Shown: positions 59,830-64,000 of the stretch, in pieces
Layout: the number at the start of each line of letters is the position of its first letter
Position numbering within the stretch: position 1 is the first letter of the stretch
Assembly: GCF_032191835.1 (NCBI RefSeq)
Contig: NC_083229.1
Location: 39,370,001-39,434,000, forward strand
Direction of reading: 5' to 3'
DNA length: 64,000 nt
Origin: Heteronotia binoei
Lineage: Eukaryota
Notes under the pieces: model-generated
What the model was told of the DNA's origin: nothing
Database searches by the model: none
The model's input: the letters and a program-made list of their open reading frames with translations, nothing else
Translations under genes and position numbers: made by a program

Positions 59830-60410
59830 GTCCTTTCCCAGTTTTTTAGCCCTTCTTCCCAGTCAGCTGTCAGTTCTTAAATGCCATTCTCAACGCAGAA
59901 TTCCATTTGAATCTCCTGTCACTCAAGGTTCTCAGACTGGATAACAGCATTAACCTTTTACTGTCCATCACAGGGGACAATACTAGGGATTTGTATCTTT
60001 GTTCCAGTTGTGGTGTCCACTTGACATGGCAACCTACTTGTGTGGTTGGTAGGATGTGCAGTCCTGTTTGGGTTTTAAGATAAGTCTCATGGAGTGGAAA
60101 AGTGAGATGTAGACATAAAGGATGGTGGTCACTTGCAAAAGCAGGTAGGATCTGTAGGTTTCTCACTTGTGGAAGAGTAGCTGTATTAACCAAGAAATAT
60201 TCAATGGTACTGTTTTTGATCCCCACTGCGAATGTAAAGCCCCCTGGGAAGTCTCCTTTTGTAGCCCCATTCAGGATATGGAGATTAGATCTTGCAGCCA
60301 TGGCGTATAAACGTCTACCAGCAAAGTTGACTTTACCATCCTTCGAGTGTTGTGCATATAGGGTATGAAATAAATCATCCTCTGGGATTTGTATAATAAA
60401 TGCCATGGGA
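59830..60410 (-). mobile_element. Non-LTR retrotransposon APE endonuclease fragment
   Basis: LNG...GD..GGFTF...STIEY...SDHHP motif series; clade uncertain. Confidence 0.65.
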
Positions 60411-61929
60411 ATTTTGCATCTCCCAGATACATTTGGATTAGATTACCCTGGAAGTCACTGCCAACTCTATGATTCTATGACCCTATTCTATGACTCTTCT
60501 ATGGCACTTTTCTGCTAGCAACTGTAGTTTGTGGGGAGAAGCAACATCAGCCTCCTCTATACAATTTTCATGTCTTCACACTCTCTCATGGAACTGCTTT
60601 TGGCTCCACTAAAAAATTATCTGTAGCCCCTTAAGTAGCAGCTCCACTGGACAGTCTGAAGATGTGGTGGTGGTGGGGAGGAAGGCTGAAACTGCTTTTC
60701 CCTGCAGGCTGCAGTTGTGAGCAGAAAAGGGTTGGCATGCATTTAGGAGGCAAAAAAATCTTCCATTAATCATGTGATACAAAATCCCCATGTCATTCCC
60801 CAAATAATGCAAGGACTTTAAGTGAAGACTGGCCTAAGAGGAACAAGTTAGAGGGTTACATAGAAAGAAAGCCAGATGTGCCTTATCTTAACAGCGCAGT
60901 TCTGTTTCCACAGATCCAAGCCAGTGTGTATAATTGTTACTGGAAAACTCAATGTGTTAAAAAAGCTCAAATTTGTAGCATTTTAAGAACTGAAATAATT
61001 ATAGCCAGAGAAGAAGGAAACAGGGCAGCATTCCTGCCTCTCTTATTTATTACATGTATGGCCAACAAGCCCTGCAAAATCTGTAAACTGCTTTTTGTGA
61101 TAAACAGACCCTCCCCAACAATATCTGAATAACTGAAAAATAAAGCATACGTTTTCAGGAATCTTTCCAAAATTAACATCCTACACAGTCACAAATGTTG
61201 TTGGCTTCAACTGAAATATGTGTTGGTTCTAGTAAGTTCCAGTTGGCACAGTCTCCATTTTCCATGAGTTCATTTATCACAAACAGAACCGTTCTCAAGG
61301 ACAAGTATATTGTGAAAAAAGAACACTAAACTCTTAAGATAAACTAACCATGACACATAATGATAATGGACAGTCTCATATTAGTACTCTACTTTGAAAA
61401 TAAGACTGCAGGAGAAATACAGATACCAAGTTTGATAACAAAATGCTGTAGTGTTTGTGCTGAAACAGCATAATGATAAATCTGCAGATAAGCAGGCTTC
61501 CAGCAGTTTTGGAACTTTCTCTTGTTTCAACACTTCGGCAAGCAAATTAAAAAATTGCTAATAGTAAAAGAGAATGACACACGATCTCCAGTATCTAGAT
61601 TCTTGTGCAACTGAAAACAGCAACCCACACTCTGAAAATCAAGTCAAGGTTATTAGTGATTATTACAGTATATTCAGGTAGATTATGGCAAATTAGATCC
61701 TAACAGGGCTTTTATTGAGCAGGAATGCACAGGAACGCAGTTCCAGCTAGCTTGGCATCAGGGGGTGTGGCCTAATAGCCAAATAAATTCCTAATGAGCT
61801 TTTTCTACAAAAAAATGAGTCCCTTCGGATTCTGAGGTCTGCTGCACAACATATTATTGCAGTCTCTGGCCCTAAGGATGCCCGGCTGGCTTCAACAAGG
61901 ACCACGGCCTTTTTGGTCTGGGCCTCTAC

Positions 61930-62325
61930 TGTCAGACCCAGAGTCAAGGAAAAGACAGTTGAAGTTCAAGATCTTTATTCCCGCTTCATGGGTATACACA
62001 CGCGTTGTCGGAACTGACCTATCTGTCAGTTCCCCCAACTTATAAACCTTTGCCCTGACCGTTATAATTCAAGCCAAAGCATGCCAAGCAAAAGCGGGGG
62101 TTTTGTGCGGGGGTTTTGCTAAGCTCTCATCTCCGCAGGTGCCCCCTATCAGTTCATGGTTCGCATTTCCTCCAGCTCTTTGACCGTGGTTACCTAGCAA
62201 CTAGCCAATTCCCAGACATGCCATCCTCCCTCCAGATAATCAACAAGCACCACATAGCATTGAAGCATCGCATAGCATTGCACAATGCACATGACAAGAG
62301 GAACAAGATGGACTGACTCTTGACA
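61930..62325 (-). mobile_element. 3' LTR (396 bp) of a Gypsy element
   Basis: TGTCA...TGACA ends; purine tract GGGGAGCAGAA immediately 5' on the minus strand; AATAAA at 61974-61979 (minus). Confidence 0.75.
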
Positions 62326-63935
62326 TTCTGCTCCCCCTAAGATCCCCTTCCCCAGGGCTTATTAGGATGTTTGTTGTAAAAGTCTTTAATTAAAGCTTTA
62401 CAGTTTGGATCTGTATCTTTGGAACTGACCCATTCGACCTGACAATGGAAAGTGAGTCCATTTGATGAGATAAAACAGTTCACCACATTTGATCTTGGCA
62501 TCAAGGATTTCCTGCACTTCATGATGAATCTCACCACGAACCAGAGTCGGGGGTGGTGGTTTCGTCTGGGGGTGCCGAAGCGAGGGTCCAGGGTCCTTCT
62601 TCAAGTAGCTGGCGTGGAAACAAGGGTGGACATGTTTAAGGTTTTTTGGCAGTTCTAGTTCAACAGTTACTTTATTTATAATCCTTTTGATTGGAAAAGG
62701 TCCCAAATATTTCATCCCTAATTTTTTATAGTTTTGTGCATTAGACAAATGTTTGGTCGAAATGTACATCTTGTCTCCCACTGCTAAGTCCCAGAGTTCA
62801 GAGTGTTTTTTAACATATTGAGTTTTGTAGGCTTCTTGCGCCCTCTGTAGTTGCTTACTAATAAGCTTCCAACCTCCTGCTATCCCTTGCCACCATTCGG
62901 TAAAGTCTGCGGGGGCTGACGAGGGGGGGGCAATTTGCTTTCATATCCATACACCGCTTGGAAGGGGCTCACTTTAGTGGCACTATGCACGCTGTTGTTG
63001 TAAGCATACTCTGCAAAGGGTAGCAGAGTCACCCGATTGTCTTGTTGGAAGGACGTATAGCAATGTAAGAACTGTTCAAGCTCCGCATTGATGCATTCCA
63101 TCTGTCCGTCCATCTGTGGGTGGTAGGCGGAGTTGAGCCCTTGCTCCATTCCCGCTAGTTCACAGAGGTGCAACCAAAATTTGGCAACGAATTGTGGGCT
63201 GCAGTCGGAGACCACCTTAGTGGGGAAGGCATGTAGTTGAAAGATGTGCTGGATAAACATCTTATTGTGTGTAGCCAAAAGATGTGCCAGCTGCTTGGCC
63301 GTGGGGAGTTGCTTACACAGCACAAAGTGAGCCTGCTTAGAAAAAGTGTCCACTACCACCCAGATCACTGTCTTCCCCATCGAGGGAGGTAAGTCAGTTA
63401 TGAAGTCCATGGATATGCATTCCCAGGGGCGCGAGGTGGGGGGGAGAGGTTGCAAGTGCCCTGGTGGCAACCCCCCCTCTTTTTCACCATGATACAGGTG
63501 GGGCATCCTGTTGTATATTCTTCCACATCCTTATGTAAACCTGGCCACCAGAATTGTCGCTAAATCAAATGCACTATCTTTACAAACCCAAAATGCCCCC
63601 CCCCCCAGTTTGGAGTCGTGCGCCCTCTGGATAACTCGCTTACGTAAAGAGGGGGGCGCCAAAACCCATCCTCCACTTTTGTTAATTGTAAATCCTCCTC
63701 CGAGGGACTGTCAAGGAAAGCTGGTTTCAGTTCAGTTATGAACCCGTCAGGGGGCTCCTTTCCTTCTGGCTTTGCGCACACGTGGTTACCAATGCGCTTA
63801 GTTGGGAGGGCATAAACAATGAGTTGATAACTTCCTCTCTCTTGCTATCGTGTTGAGGGAGGCGGGACAACGCGTCCGCCAAAAAGTTCAGTTTTCCGGG
63901 GATGTGCCCCAGCTTGAAATTGACTGCCGAAATAG
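62326..63935 (-). pseudogene. Decayed Ty3/Gypsy (chromovirus-type) pol: RNase H end, integrase, GPY/F, chromodomain
   Basis: PGKLNFLADALSR, GHFGFVK, PWECISMDFITDLP, YLGPFPI, HEVQEILDAK..FYLIKW; frameshifts and stops. Confidence 0.88.
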
Positions 63936-64000
63936 CCCCACCCACCTTACTTGCTTATTGTTGAGGTTGTGGGTGGCAATGAGGGCAGCCAAGTTTTTAT

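Overview
Squamate (lizard, most likely gecko) genomic DNA from the conserved ERICH5-RPL30-MATN2 neighbourhood (human 8q22 order). It holds the first coding exon of ERICH5 (minus strand, CpG island) and the complete RPL30 gene (plus, 115 aa, with SNORA72 in its last intron). It also holds the 3' part of MATN2 (minus): five 123-nt EGF exons, vWFA2, unique segment and coiled coil, with a U12 AT-AC last intron. Introns and intergenic DNA are rich in repeats: Sauria, Squam3-like and 5S-derived SINEs, hAT and Harbinger-like MITEs, CR1, L1, L2, a Tc1 IR-DR element and a decayed chromovirus-type Gypsy. Most notable: (1) a young, structurally complete 6.4-kb DIRS1-type tyrosine-recombinase retrotransposon whose gag frame stays almost open across the RT/RNaseH gene into the recombinase; (2) two Penelope-like inverted-repeat insertions, each with two hammerhead-ribozyme cores; (3) a ~50-bp copy of a MATN2 exon start plus its splice acceptor inside a CR1, 28 bp from the DIRS end, forming a possible poison exon; (4) a template-switch duplication/inversion at 8.1-9.2 kb. 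All calls come from reading the sequence by eye plus recalled family knowledge; no searches were run.
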